A stretch of DNA of 64,000 bases from Phoronis australis (Eukaryota > Animalia > Phoronida): NCBI GenBank assembly GCA_002633005.1, contig NMRA01000004.1, positions 1,431,077-1,495,076 on the forward strand. The letters are read 5' to 3'. Shown one piece after another: positions 38,901 to 53,900 of the stretch. The translations under genes and the position numbers were made by a program. Position 1 is the first letter of the stretch, and every line of letters starts with the position of its first letter. Under the pieces are notes generated by a model, which saw only the letters and a program-made list of their open reading frames with translations, made no database searches and had not been told where the DNA came from.

Positions 38901-41900
38901 GAAAACATATGTTTCTTATATATGGTTATTAGCCATCGAGAAATTCGAGTGTCTGTGGTTGACTGGTGTTATGGGCATGCTGATGGGGAGATCGGAGGGA
39001 GTGAAAAAGTCGGAGCTTTTTGCAAGTTGCATTTTTCTTTCCGTTTTTGATTCTGTGTGGATTGTTTATAAAATTTACTAAAATTACCCACCATCAAACA
39101 TTTATGGTCCAATGAAACAACAACGACCTGTAAATTTTTATTTTTTTGAAGTACGACCACCAGCCATTTTGAATTTAAATCAAACGCAACCACCCATAAA
39201 TTTTTATTTCAGTTGCCTTCCCCCCTCCCACACAGATTTTGCTGGAACAGCCCTAAATAAATAGGCTTGTGAGATAGAAATATTTTTGTGTTGTAAAATT
39301 TAACTGAAATAAACGTTTTTGCATGAATTAAGTCAAAAGAGGAAACTGGAAATCAAATAAGAGGAAATTGAAACGAAAACAGAGAAAATCCTCTTAATAG
39401 AGGAAAATTCCAAGCCTTGCAAAACTGCTATTTTTCTGTTTAATGCTAATTGCCTTACAACAAATAATGGAAATTATCCCAAATGCAGTTTTACTACATC
39501 TACTCAGTACATGCCAAGCTAATAAAAAAACCAAGTTTTTTACTCCGTATTTTTGTTCAGAAATTTGTGACAGAATGAAATTTCTCTTTTTCTCCCATAT
39601 TGTGAGCTAAACAGGTGAAAAAATTTAGCATAACATGAACAAATCAAATGTAAATATTTTGAAACACTGACCTTCTCAAGGTATACGAGGTGACCATTGG
39701 CTCCCAAGAACCTGTTGACTGAGCTGGGATGGGCAGCTACAGGTCCTTGTGGTGTGTCCGCCACACACACAGTCTGTGTTGGATTGGCTGCAGCGTCCAC
39801 TGGTTGAATGTAGCTTGTCCTAGCCACATTAGGGTAGAGTCCAGCAGTTAGCACCGCCTTGACCATGGCGACCTCTTGGGGCGATGGTTCAAGTTTCTGC
39901 TTTTTCGTCGTCTTGCTGATGTCTAAAACGTCCCGCGCTTTGATGACACCATCGCTGTTTGCAGCTGGGATGGATTTATGACTGCGTGCATCTGACGCTG
40001 GGTGTGAAAACCCGATGCTGCACACAAGTTTGATGAGTTCGTCTTTGACACGCTAAAGTGAAGAAAACAGGTCAATCTTGATACAATCGCGTACGACACA
40101 AGACTTCCAATGAGTAGGACCCAATTCTAATCAGCACTAATGGGCACAAGGGTAATGGAATTCCAGGTAAGGGCGTATCAACAACTCCACTAGGTATTTT
40201 GCCCTCCCATGTTTCATCATGGGAGGGGTGCTTCCAGTTCCTGGTATTATAACGGGACGGTAAATGGAGGAAGTGATGAATAATGATTTAATTGTGTATT
40301 GTTGTTTTGAGTTGTGACGGCTCTAATGATGGTAAAATTGTGTGACAAAACCTAATTAATTATTGTGTAGTGAAGTGACAGTTTCAGTCACCCCTCCGCA
40401 CACAATAGAACGCCAGCAGAAACACAATGCCAATAAGGAGTCGTAAAACACAGCAGGGCGTCATTCTTACACTCTGATCACAACCAACTTTAAGTTGACA
40501 TAAAACTTCTATGTTCTAACCCAGGACGAAAATTCAAAGTTCTACAACGTTAAATTCTTTGCAAGTAATCCAGTTATGAAATAATGCCAAGTCTTTTTAT
40601 TGGCAGCCGATAGGTACATAGCTTATGACATGATTAGACATTTTACAGGCATGCGCAAACAACCTGTGAGGACAACTGAATTCAATGTGCAATCATGCCT
40701 CTGGCAAAACTTTGTTGTCACATCAACAAGGCCACTTACATCAATGTCCAAAAGACTGGTTCTCTTCAAGAAGAATCGTTGACAGTACTTAAACTCAGCT
40801 TGTGTTCCCTCACACTTGGCTGCACGCCACCTGAAACCAACAAATACCCACAATGCATCATATCCCCTGCTTTGCTTTTCCATAAATTACGATATAAGTG
40901 AAAGAAAGGAAACAGATTCTAGCAAAGATCAGGCATTTTACATTTTGTTAATATCCTGAAGTCGAGGAATACTCAACATATTCAAGGGAAGACTGTCACT
41001 AGTTCTAAGACATTTTACACTGTAAACAACAATATTTACCAGGTTGGGTCATATTACGTACCAGTTTTGGAACTGAGAATTTTTGTTTATCAAACAATTT
41101 TACCTTTATCGCACTCCATGTACATTGTACTTCTGAGTGAAAAGTACTGAATCGTCCAAGTAGCATTAATAGACCTTTTGGCAAGATATGAAGCATGGTG
41201 CATTTTCATCCCACTCCCCCTGGCATCACGGTGTTAACCAAGTACTTCACAACAGGAATACCTCTGAGGTTTGTTACACCCCATGCTGGTTTTCCACAAG
41301 CACGGCTATAGATGTTACGCAAGATTACGTAACAGGACAACTCTATTCCACTTTTCTGTTAAATTTGGAAACTCGCAATTAGGGAATCGTTTAAAAGATG
41401 CCCTGCATAACCATATCTCTCTGTCTGTGCTGGCCCCTATTGGAAATCACACAAGACTGATTCAGAACAGGTTTCCTTTTTCTTTTTGTTTATTCCCTCC
41501 TTAATTAAAGTGCGAATAGCAACAAATTTTCATTTCAGAGTAAATATGTCTTAACCCAAATTATTACCATTGACACCACATCTATTTGACTATGTGCTTT
41601 TTTATAACCCAGATATCAGTACAATTATATAAAACACTTTCCATTTTAGAAAGGGAATTTCCACTCATTCCCTTTTTGTGCTTGAAAAGTTGCAGATTTT
41701 TTTCTGCACCTGGATTTCCATCATTTTGGATTAAAAAGTGATAGATTCCATTAAATACTCTACTGTCACATTCAATTTGTGTCTTCATATCATCAAAAAA
41801 GGGTTAATGTTTAATGTCTAGTAATAAATCAGACAACTAACCCTAGGTAAGCTTTGTATACAGTCAGGTGGTCAGAGTTAGCTATCGACAGCGCTCGTCG

Positions 41901-44900
41901 GGCGGCATCAGCCAGATCTCGCTTGCCCAAAGGCACAACAAACGGTGACTTGTCAGTAATTGAAGCCGCAATAACAGCCTGAAACACAACAAAACAGTGC
42001 TGTAGTAAACATTTAAATTCCTGTGGAGACAACATAAATTTTTACAGTACCAAAGGTCAACTTATGTCTTCCTAAAACGGCACTTCTAATATCTATTGGT
42101 TTACTTACCCCAACTGGGACAATAGATAAAATGAAGTTTATATGGTTTTATTAAGAATCTTATTAATTGTCATTCCATGAGAGCACCAATAGATCGACTC
42201 AAGGGTCACCAACTCAGATCTTGAAAAAAATTATGTGCACATACATCCTGGTGGGATATGTTCAAAATCCATATTTGAATTTTTTGAGTCATTATTGTTT
42301 AGCTTAGAGTATCGTGAATATTTTGGCCCTTATAAAATTTAACTGCATGAAGCATTTTTTGCATGAATAAAGTCAAAATAATGATAGAAAAGAGACTAAA
42401 AAAGAGGGAACTGGAAATCAAATAAGAAGAAATTGAAACCAAAAAAGAGGAAATCCTCTTAAAAGATGAAAATTCCAAGCTCTGATCTGGGCATGACAGA
42501 TTTCTTCATAAGACAAATGCCATAAACAAGCAACAAAAGCTAAACAAGTTCATTATTTACCCAAATGATTAGAGACAAGAAAGAAAAATAAACAAAGATG
42601 AAAGCATTTTTGAGAATGCTTTTCAGAAGTTAGGAGTGGCTATTCTAGCATCTTGAGAGCAAGATATTGCTCCATGATCTGGGAATAACAAATACAGGGA
42701 GACGAGTGCAAACAACAATTGGCCTTTAATGAGTTCAATGGCAGTTTACTTAAAGTGGCATAGAACATTAAAAACAGACTAAGTTGCATGATTCAAAGAG
42801 GTTACCTTCCGAAACAGAAATCAGTTGCTCCCCAGGGATTTTAATTTACAGTTTGTTCATAAAGATTTTGAATTTCTGTTGATGTCAACGCATTTCAAAT
42901 TTCAAAAAAAGATCTGTCAACTGCTTGTCACTTCGTTCGACTTTTCTTTCATAAGGAAAAAGTGACCTTTGACCTCTGATGTAAACAAAACAATGGCCAT
43001 TTCAAGCAGCAGGCAGTCTGAATTTGCCACACGCGCACAAGGCGGAGAATTTAAAAACTGTGTTTTGATAAAAGAGTTTATATTTTGTCCGTGCTTCAAA
43101 AATAGGGAATCCGGCCATTTTTTACGAAATTCTTGCAATATTGAAACATCACCAAAAAATATGATTCGCCACAATTTGTTTAAAAGGATTTTTTACAAGT
43201 TTTCGCGTTCCATGCAACTAAAAGGTTATAAGGAACCTTAATGACAAGTCTGTGTTTTAGTCAAATACCTACAAAACTACAGAATTCAACTCTGTAAAAG
43301 AAAGTATACATTTTCTGAAAGTAGAAAACATTTAGAATAATTTAATTTGAACTTTATTACAATTTGCCATTAACTGGGTCATGTGACCACGTATTTTTTT
43401 AGTAAAATTCACAAAACAGAAAGAAACATTCTTAGCAAAACAAATTTTAAACCAGTTAATTTGCCATGATTAACGTTAAAAATGAAATCTCAAAAATAAT
43501 GTTAGTTTAATTTGTAAATAACTGATTTGTTTTTGTTCTATGCATCTTTCAACTTTTTTGCGCCAAACTCATCTATTTATTCATTTTTATTTATTTATTG
43601 TGATATTTAAAATGAGGGTGGCCTCTTCAGTGATAGCACTGGTTTTCAAGAGTACCCTCATAAGTTCTACATTACAGCCTCTCATACAAAAGTGTAACAT
43701 TTTAAAAATAAATCCTGATACTTTGAAGAACAGTGCATAAAGAACAGTATAATAATTATGTATCTGAAACAATGGTCCCAAGTTAACCAAACTTGAACAT
43801 CTTTCTAGGATCCAACACGACCTAAACAACCACCAGTACATACCACAGGCTCTAGGCATCCGAAAATAGCACCAAAGATCAACATTTTGCCGATCCTAAC
43901 GTTGACTGGTAGCGTTGCTAAGTGTTGGCCTAGAGGTGTCAGCACTGATCTTTCATACTCGCAGGCTCCGACGTCGCGCAGCAGGTTCATAGCTCGTGTC
44001 ACAGTCTGCACTTGGGGAGGGTCGAGCGCTTGAGACAGGAGCGTCGCAGGGTCACCAAGGTCACATTTCTGTGTCACAGAAAACAAAAAACATTGAGTAA
44101 ATGAAATGAAACAACACAGGGAATAATTTGACATTGTAATACTGAATTATATCTAACAAACATCCTGGATAATGATGCTACTAGAATATGTCATTTCTAA
44201 TTCTCCCAATCGAGAAAAAGGTAAAACACAGCTACCAATAAAAAAGCAATTAAAATGAAGACGATAATACAAGCTAATTGTACATGAAATAGCTCTCAAT
44301 TTTCAGGCACAGATTTTCTCAAAATACATGGCATTCATAATAAATATATTGGGTATAATCATATTTTATCTTTTTATTTCTATTCCAAATTGTTGGATAA
44401 CATTCAACTGAAGAAGTCAGTTCATTCACTTATCCTCTGCAGTCATAATCCACACAGAGTCCAGAGTAAGAGATATCTGCTCTCATATTTTGCATTGTGT
44501 TTAAAGAAATTTCTTTTTCTTTTCAAGAAATGTGAGCAACTGAAAAATAAAAATAACATGCAGCAGGCAGTTACCTAACTTAAAGGCAAGTCAAATGAGT
44601 ATTAGAATTGAACAGAATGCCAGCTTTTGGAAACAATGAAGATAATAAGAGTCAATGCAATTCTGTGCTAACACATACACCCACTAATTCTATAAACAGT
44701 TCAACTTTATAGTTAGGACCATCCAACATTTCTCTTTTATCATGAACATTTTAGTTCAGTGTTGGATGTAAAAAAAAACGCGTCATCCCGACTGGTATAG
44801 TAGCAGTCCTGTAGTGAAAGCCGGGACACTCATTTGGTTAAATCTGCATTTCACCCTGTTTGGCTAGGCTAAAAACAGAAAGTAGAATTAGGCCATTACT

Positions 44901-47900
44901 CTCCTAAAATCAGTCTCAATATATTCAATACCGTGATGACATTCCATTTCTGCTAACAACTCAAGCCACAAGCAATGCACCATTTTTTAATTTGTGGTGT
45001 CACACATATGCCAAGCGTACACGCACCGGTTAAGCAAGATGTTCTGTGATGTTGAATAACTGTTAAAAAGTTATATTTCATAAAAATTTTATATTATAAA
45101 GAATTTCTGGTTTTGGAATATACAATTTAGAACAATGAACCATTCAATAATATTATAAGTTTATCGGAAACTTGGAAACAATTCATCCGGGAATATAAAA
45201 ATTGAAACACTGACTGAACAGTTGTGCAGCAGTTTGTCGTTTAGCTTCAATGAATTTCCTAGTTTTGTAGGTCTATATTTGTTTCTTAGCTTCTGGAATG
45301 GAAATGGTTAATGCAATAGAAATATGCCCCCCATGTTGATCAGAGCACTGGAAAATAATGGTGGAAATTGTACTGATTTGCAGAACTTGAGGTAATGACT
45401 GTATCACGAAAAGCAGAATTTACACTAACAGCGTGGGAGCTGAGTAACCCAGCATTGCAAGCAGACGATTGTGTCAGTAAAAAACACAATACTTGATATT
45501 CGATCAAAATTTCCTGTAAGCATCTTAGTTCTCAGTGAAGACATAATGTCAGTATGAATTCATAAAACATTCTTGTTTGATTTGAATTAGATTTTTCCTC
45601 GATTTTGTTGGGGACGTCATGTAGGCAATTGACCTATTTATGATGACCCAGATTACAACTAGCGAAATCTAAAAATAGCCGCCTGATCACCGTGCATCGG
45701 AATTTTCATATGATCTTATCTGCAAGTTCATATAATTTTTAGAACAGTAAAACTGCTTTTTCAGGATCGACACCTTGGATCAATGTTTCAGGTAGCCCAA
45801 ATGAACAAGCCCAATAAAATTTGCCATCGTACACGCAAATTTACTCCACCAAGAGGCTGAACACCAACCGTGAAACATGGCCTCAACCGTTTCATACAGA
45901 TTGGCTCTACTTTCTCATATTCAATAAAATATTTCAAGACATATTGAACTGCCGTATTTACACACATATGGGATAAATAGAATTCCACCATGGTTAGGAA
46001 CATTATGAGACCGATTCTGTGACAGTAAAAGGCCCAATTCTTTTTTTTAACCAATCAAACAGCAAAATGCAGCTTTCAATGTTAAAGTACACATGACCTA
46101 ATGCACTAAACAAGGAAGTAAATACAGAACCATGATATGGAGGCATAGTTCTTCAAGAGGGACGCGCAGTATCTCTGGCACTGAGTACGACTTGAATGCG
46201 GAGTACGTGTGCTTTGTGTACAGACGGAAGCACCACCCCTCTCGCGTGCGACCGGCACGACCTTGACGCTGTTTAGCACTCGCTTTACTGATGTAGACTT
46301 CTTCTAGGGTACTCATTTGACTCGACTCCATGTATCTGTAAAATTATCTTGCATTGAATACGAATATTATCATATATTCCATACTGTAAATATTTTAACC
46401 TCTAAGTTCCACGTAGCATTAACTAGGTCAAACCGAAATCACGAACTTTAAACTGAAACTAAATATTTGAATTAACTAGTCAGCAAGTTTGAAGCCGGCC
46501 ACCGGCAAACCATTGTGTTCAAAGGTGGCACTGCATGGGGTTTTCAACAAATTTCAAATCTTGGTACTTAAAAGCACCTAATCTAATTTGTTTGGTGTTC
46601 AAACAAGACTGGGAAAAACTACAAAAACACAGTGTGTCAGAGAAAGCTTAGTACGTAACTGAGTCATAAACAACAATCTTGCTAACATCAACACAAAAAA
46701 GACTTTTTCCAATTGTGTTTTGTACAATGTAATCAAGAGAATCCCATTGTTTCAGTGCCCACAAATAACAATGGAAAGCCTGTCATAAATTATACATCCA
46801 TGAATAAACTACCTTTTATTCATTTTATTTACAGTTTACCTATTTTCTTTCACTGTGCCACAGTCAACAACAAACACAGCATCAGGGATCGTGATACCAG
46901 TCTCCGCTATATTTGTTGCTATGACGATCTTCCTAACACCTTTCTTTGGTACATCGAAAGCCTTGCTTTGATCTTGGGATGTCAAGACAGAGTGGAGGGC
47001 TATTACGCAGTACCTGAATATGTTAATTACAACATTAGCAATTACAAGTACCTCAGAAATCAAGATGATGAAATTTGGGACATGTGCTCTTAGCATTAAC
47101 TTAAATCGCATGCCCATTCAAGTTCTTCACTTCATTTGTCACAAAATATATGATTGCCAATATAGCCAAATCACATAAAGTTTAACATCCACTGGCTCGG
47201 TTCGAGCACACTGTGCCGATGTTTTTTACTGCTGGAGCACCAAGACGTAAACCAAACTTAACATGGAATTCACAAAAATACTACAGGGAAAAGAAAATTA
47301 TTTGAACTCTGCAAAAAGTTGGGGAATGATAAAGTGAAGCTGCACTCTGAAAATCCGCTCGCCACCTGGTGACCGGCCAGTGAACCTCTACTCGTCCAAC
47401 AATGTTTTTAGTCGCATTGGTGACTGGGCGAGTGGCTTTAGTAATTCCCCATTCGATTGACAATCCAACCCAAGTTTTGTAGCCCCTATCAGCAGTCCTT
47501 GGAAATGCCTTGTCAGACATCTGTGAGACAAATGTCAACTCATGAATAAATTTTCAGGGAATAAATCTGCAAAATTTGATGAATCTTGGCAAATTTCGTG
47601 TCCACATGCACAAATATTTCCTGGTCCGAATTTGCCCACAAATACTGGGATAACTCCATATCATGTTCACATGGGAATGGTACTACAACATCCTCATTTA
47701 ACACTTGATGGCATAACTGACCTATTATATATATTATATATTATGCATTCGTTTGCATTTCACATAAGCCTGCACGTTCTCTTAATAAACAACTTTTGAT
47801 TTAGACCATTTATCTCATCAAATAGGTTTTATCAGATCAGAAATCATTTCTAGGCTAGAAAAGAACCAACATGTCATTACCGCTTCAGACAACCATGGCA

Positions 47901-50900
47901 AGTTAGTTTCAGTTACTAATGCAGTACTGTCATCAGGGTAATTCAGTCGATTTATTTAAAGCAATTCTAATTCAAGCAAAGAATAAAAAGGGATGAGATT
48001 GGTTTGGAAGAGCGAATATGCCAGAGAAGAAAGTTGAATAGATGTTTTAAACACTGGAACATCGTTTATATGGCTTCGAGCTACAGTAGAGGTTTAATCA
48101 GCACACTATGTATTTGACGAATGGACTATAGTGGTATACCAACCAGAGCTTTAGAAATCCCAGTAGGTAGTTCGAATCAAAACTTAAATTGCCTAAAATA
48201 TAATTCTGATGTGCAGACATTACCTGGATTCATCTCCTAATGTTCGATCAGATGTGATTAGTTCATACAACTCTTGTATGTGAGAAAGCCCAGGTAAAAA
48301 CACCAACACAGCGCCATCTATCTGCGAGTACTGAGAATCTCGGTCCAGATGTGTTAATAGTGTCACAATCACCTCCATGTTGATTCTATCAAAGTTCATT
48401 CGAGTTATCGTTGTGCGTGTCTTTTTACTGTATTCGTCAGGACTGAGATTACTCTGAAGTTTAATATAACACACATAGGAAGACATTGTCAAGACAATTT
48501 CATTTCCAGTTACGTATCACAGCTGCTTAATTTTCAATGAACAAATTTCTTTAACAAAATATAGCGAATATTTTTGCTACTTTACCACATCTCACACCCA
48601 GAGTCCAAGTTAAAAATCCTGCACCTGAAGTTTGTACAGGCGTGTGACCTTGGAAGTTATTGTTGAAAATTGAACAAAAATCAATCGTAATGCTCAATTT
48701 CCATTATGATCATTATATCTTAGTGACCCTGGATAGATTTTATTCTAGGGTAACTCATAGCGTGGATGGCATTCATAAATTAAACTAACAACCAATTCAA
48801 AATACGCCAGCAAGTGAAATGATCTGGAGTCAGGGGTCCAATCTTTTTACTTGAACTTGGAATTTTCTATTCTCCTTGAGTGCAAACTTAAGATAAGTGT
48901 CTATTAGTTTGTGCTCATATGCATTATGGTATGCACCTGGTGACCCTTAATTCAACTACAAACTCATTGAGTAAAAACTCAAAATTTCAAGTTCACACTA
49001 ACGCTTGAACTTCTAGCCTTAATGCTGAGGTCATCAAGTGAAAACTTGGCTTAGACAGTTACCACATATACGCCATTACGAACTCAAGCATAGAATAATA
49101 GAGGCTTCTTTTGAATTTGCAAAAATTCCAAAAATAATTGAGTTCAATTTCGAACAAAAAATCGGGACCACCTGACTTCATTAACTATTGCTCCTCTGGT
49201 GGTACAGGTCTGGTTGAAGATTCCTAAATGTATTACGTTACCGTGTCGACAGAAGACAGGTCATCCGTTGTCCAAGTGGCATTGACTTTGTGAGTATCTC
49301 CCCGCTGGCCAGTCACCGTCACACAGGTAGACTGTTCCTGTACGATATCCTCATACCTGAGGGCATAGGGTGAGTCCTGCTCCAGGGTGTAACCTGTCTG
49401 CTCAACTATATCTTCAAGGTGATAGACCTGGAAATTGCGAATCAGAAAATAAAGATGATAATGCGGAAAAGGCACTGATATGGACTTCTGTATAGTAACC
49501 TCACACCTGAACACATAAGATAGGATTCTAACTGTTGTGTTACACAATATCCTAAGGTGATATACCTGGAAAATGTGGTTCAGAAAACAATGAAAGGCGA
49601 TAACAATGAAAAAGGCTCTAATATGGGTTTTTGGATGTCATCCTTATACCTGAGGACATGGGACAAACTCTGATACTAAGTGTAACGTTTCTGTTATAAG
49701 ATATTCTCAAGGTGAGACGCATACAGTATGTAGACCTTTAAGGTTATGATTAGCTGTAAAAACATGAAAATTAGGCAAACTGTGAAAAGTTGCAAATCAG
49801 AAATTGGGACTTTCATTATTCTTACGAAAAGAATTGCATAAAACAACAAAACGACCGTTAAAAACTGACACATTTTAAGCTTGCTTTTTGTGTTTCAACA
49901 TCAAAAGATATTTTGCCATGTCACTCTATGATTGTGCATTCTTTAAAAAGCAAGATCAGGCAACACCACACAACTGGAAGGATAGTGTTTCCCGAATATG
50001 CTCGGGACATCAGCACACCCTAGCAAAATGACGACCAGTGAAGTAATCGCTTCCTAACAACGGACATTACCTGTACAGGAAAGGTGCGTCCAGGAATGTT
50101 GATGACAGAACAGTGTTGGAAGTAAGCAGAAAACTTGTCACTATCAAGGGTGGCACTCATGAGTATGACCTTGACCTCTGGTCGTTTGAGCACCAGATGA
50201 CGAAGAATGATGAGGAGAAAATCTGATTGGATGCTTCGCTCGTGAACCTGAGTAACGTGAAAGGTCAAGTCGTGAAGATTAAATAAACAACAAAACTTGT
50301 AGAAAACATAAAAATGTGTCCAATCACATTATTTTTGCTGATTCGACCATTAAAAGTTGCCCACTGCATTATTTTCCAAACATGTTCCAGAACAAAACCA
50401 AATCCACCTGTTTGGTCAAAACAGAAATTAAACAGGATTAACAATTCTTATTTGAAAAACTTGATTACAAAGTTTTGGTGGCCACAGTTAACAGAGGATT
50501 CCTTACATTCAGTTACATCTAACGTTGACATTAAAACTATCAATTAAAGGTGCATTTCATCCTCTCTATTTGGCTAAAAATTAAAATCAAACAAAGCCTT
50601 TAACTGTAACGAGATTGTTCTCAAAATATTGCTTACTGAGGTAAGATTCAATTTCCATCACCAACTCAAGACACGAGCAATGCCATTTTTGAATTTGCAA
50701 TGTCAGGGATGTCCAAACCCCAATAAACTTTGAAGCGTTTCATTGAGTCAGCCAACCCCTTGAACTCTGAAGGGTTTTCTCGAGTAGTTGAGATGATTTC
50801 GATGTTTTCGGTGTTCTTGACATAAACAGATTGAAGTGCAATCCTATCATGGTAAGGGTTATTATGAGATCCCTTATATGAAGGTATGAGGCATAAGTCG

Positions 50901-53900
50901 ATTTTCACTTTTCAGAAAGCTAAATAGAAGGCGATATTTTTTCAAATGAGACAATATTATTTAGTCTCAAAGTGTGCAGAACGGTTCCGCACTTTTTCAA
51001 TATCCACTTAGCGCCATAAAAAATGGTATGTAACAAATCTATACGTTACCCTAAACATGTTTACAATGTTACAATTTTATTTACTCAATTAGCATTTTCT
51101 TAATTAGAAGTTCAATTTTTGCCTTGCGGAATATTCCGCACTGAGTGAGTTGAAATATAATCTATTCTCAATAGCATATGGAAATATCAATGTGTCAACA
51201 TGAACAATGATTGATCAGTGGGGAACTTGCTGAATGGTTTGTTGCGAAAAATTGACATCTTGTTAATGCTATTTTACCGCTTTTGGTAGAACCTTAACAC
51301 AATTCAATTTTTGCCTTGCGGAGTATTCCGCAAGGCAAAAATTGAACTTCTAATTAAGAAAATGCTAATTGAGTAAATAAAAATGTAACATTGTAAACAT
51401 GTTTAGGGTAAGGTATAGATTTGTTACATACCATTTTTTATGGCCCTAAGTGGATATTAAAAAAGTGTGGAACCGTTCCGCACACTTTGAGACTAAATAA
51501 TATTGTCTCATTTGAAAAAATATCGCCTTATAGGCAAAATACAGCTTTAAAGAGAAAATTAAATATTTTGAACTAAAAACATGTTGTATGACAAGTTTGT
51601 TAACACTGTCTCTCCCTAGGGACACGATGCTTGCAATGGTGAAGGCTCAGCTCAATAAAGGTTGTTAAGGCACACAGAAGCATGATTATCAAAGAGCATG
51701 GATTGCACAAAAAGAATTTGGTTCCTTTATCTGAATAAAACAAATATATTTTTCCATGAATCGAATCCCCACACACCTCGTCCACAATAATATGAGTGAC
51801 ATCCTTAAGCTCAGGGTCGTTTTGCAACTTCCGCAATAGCACGCCTGTTGTACAATACGTCAGGCAGGTATTGGCCGTTCTTTTCGACTCAAACCGTATC
51901 TGATATCCACACATTGACGTCCTTGACCCTGGGTTACCTCCACCAAGCTCCTGGGAGACACGGGTGGCGAGACTGGTTGCCGAGATACGGCGAGGTTCAG
52001 TCACAACAATATTGCACTTGTCAGTCAAGTTGGAGATCAAGCAGTGCTAAAAATGGTGAGGGAGGTAAAATTATTGACATCCACGACAAAAAGCATTTTA
52101 TTATCTAGTCAGGAGCTCGTGAAGGAGAACACACTTCAATGTTGGCTAACATACACATGGTTTTTGCTCTGTCATTGATTACAGGCACAACTTGTAGTCC
52201 CAATACAGTACAAGACAGCCAAAAGTATTCAAACAAAATCACCAGGAAAGGAATGAACTGTCACGACAGCTGGGCTGAATTCATTATCAGAGTAGTCCTC
52301 CATCTTCACTAACAGTGAAGGGGACATAACAGGAACGTTAAGTAAGGTGGCCGGGACATTCTGTAAAAAGAATTTTGACATCCTAACAGCAATTACCAGT
52401 TGCTTTTTGCTGTTAATCGAATTAGCCATCATGACTGGAAAACGGTATCATGTCTTGTAGTGTATTAACAAGCCAGTGTTAGTCTGATATAACATGCCAG
52501 CATTTTGAGAACCAGTTTTCTCCACTGAATAACGGACACTAACTGGTTCCCAAAATGTGGGCATGTTATATCGTATTATTGCCAGCAAATGAATTGCACA
52601 CTAGAAGTTGATTATTTTTTGGTCTTCTGCTACAGCACCCAATTTACTCAAAATGTTATTGGCACTAGGAAGTAGGTAACACTTAAGAAATGTGAAAGAG
52701 AAAGATTTGAAGTCTGTATGTAATTTATTAACACTGACCTAACCCTGTGAGGATACAGGACTATGCAAAACTTTGATAAATTTCCCAGTAACGGACTGGC
52801 TGTGTGACCAAGATTTTTCATGGCTGAAGAACAGATGAGTGACTTAAAGGAGGAAACAAGCATTTTCAAAGTTGCCTTACAGAAACCTGGTTATCTTGGA
52901 TAGATAATAACCTGCCATGTATTTACTCTTCATGCAGGTATACTGACAATGAGCAACTGGCCCGCACCGTGTTACTACATTTACTTGAATATAGAGCAAA
53001 CACGAATCACCGACAAAGACTGTGGTCAATAACGGATTGGACATTGTGGTAGCTTGATGGAAGCAAAGGAAAATACAGGATCTTTTTTGGGCTGTTAACG
53101 TCACTTTCTATTGTTGCAAGGATAATAAAGACACCTATGTGGGACAGTAGTTAATGCGGAAAAAAGTCCTTTAAAGATAACGAGGTAAGGTAATGTCAAC
53201 AATAGTTGCTTTCCCCTTTTAAACCCCTACTCTGCCACAAGCAAAGACGTGTTACCTCCAGAATGAACTGCGGCACTTGAGTACTTTTGCCGGACCCTGT
53301 TTCCCCGGCAACGACAACAACGTTTTCCCTCGCAATGATGGACATTATTTCGTCCTTGTATTGAAAGACAGGTAGCTCACGACGAGTTTTCAACAACTGG
53401 TTGTAAGTGGATGTCTTTGTGTTTTGCAAGAAAAGTTCTTTAAGACGAGCTGTTCCACTTGAGCGACTGACGGGATCTGCTTGTTGCAGGTCAGTAAACT
53501 GAAATGTTTTTATCATTCATGATTATTGTCACTTTTTGTATGTAGCAGGACTGACATCAAGTAAATTTTTGTCAAACTTGGCCAAAGTCAGTAAAGCAAT
53601 AATAATTTGACATTCTCAAAAGAATTAAATACACTGTACAACAAAAAATTATTCCTAAAACCTATGATCTTGTCCTCATCTCAGATGAAAGTCGAAATTT
53701 CAAATACTCAATATCCATTAATAAAAAATCTAACAAACTGAGAATTAAATCGGCTTAAAATTAATCATCAATTCTTAACTGAAAGTAATACCAGAAAACT
53801 CGTACAACAACAAATTTCATCTCGTAGAGTTCAAACTTGAACGTGTTTTATGACAAGGTGCAATTATAATTGTGGTGTGAGCAAATTCCCCCTAGATATG

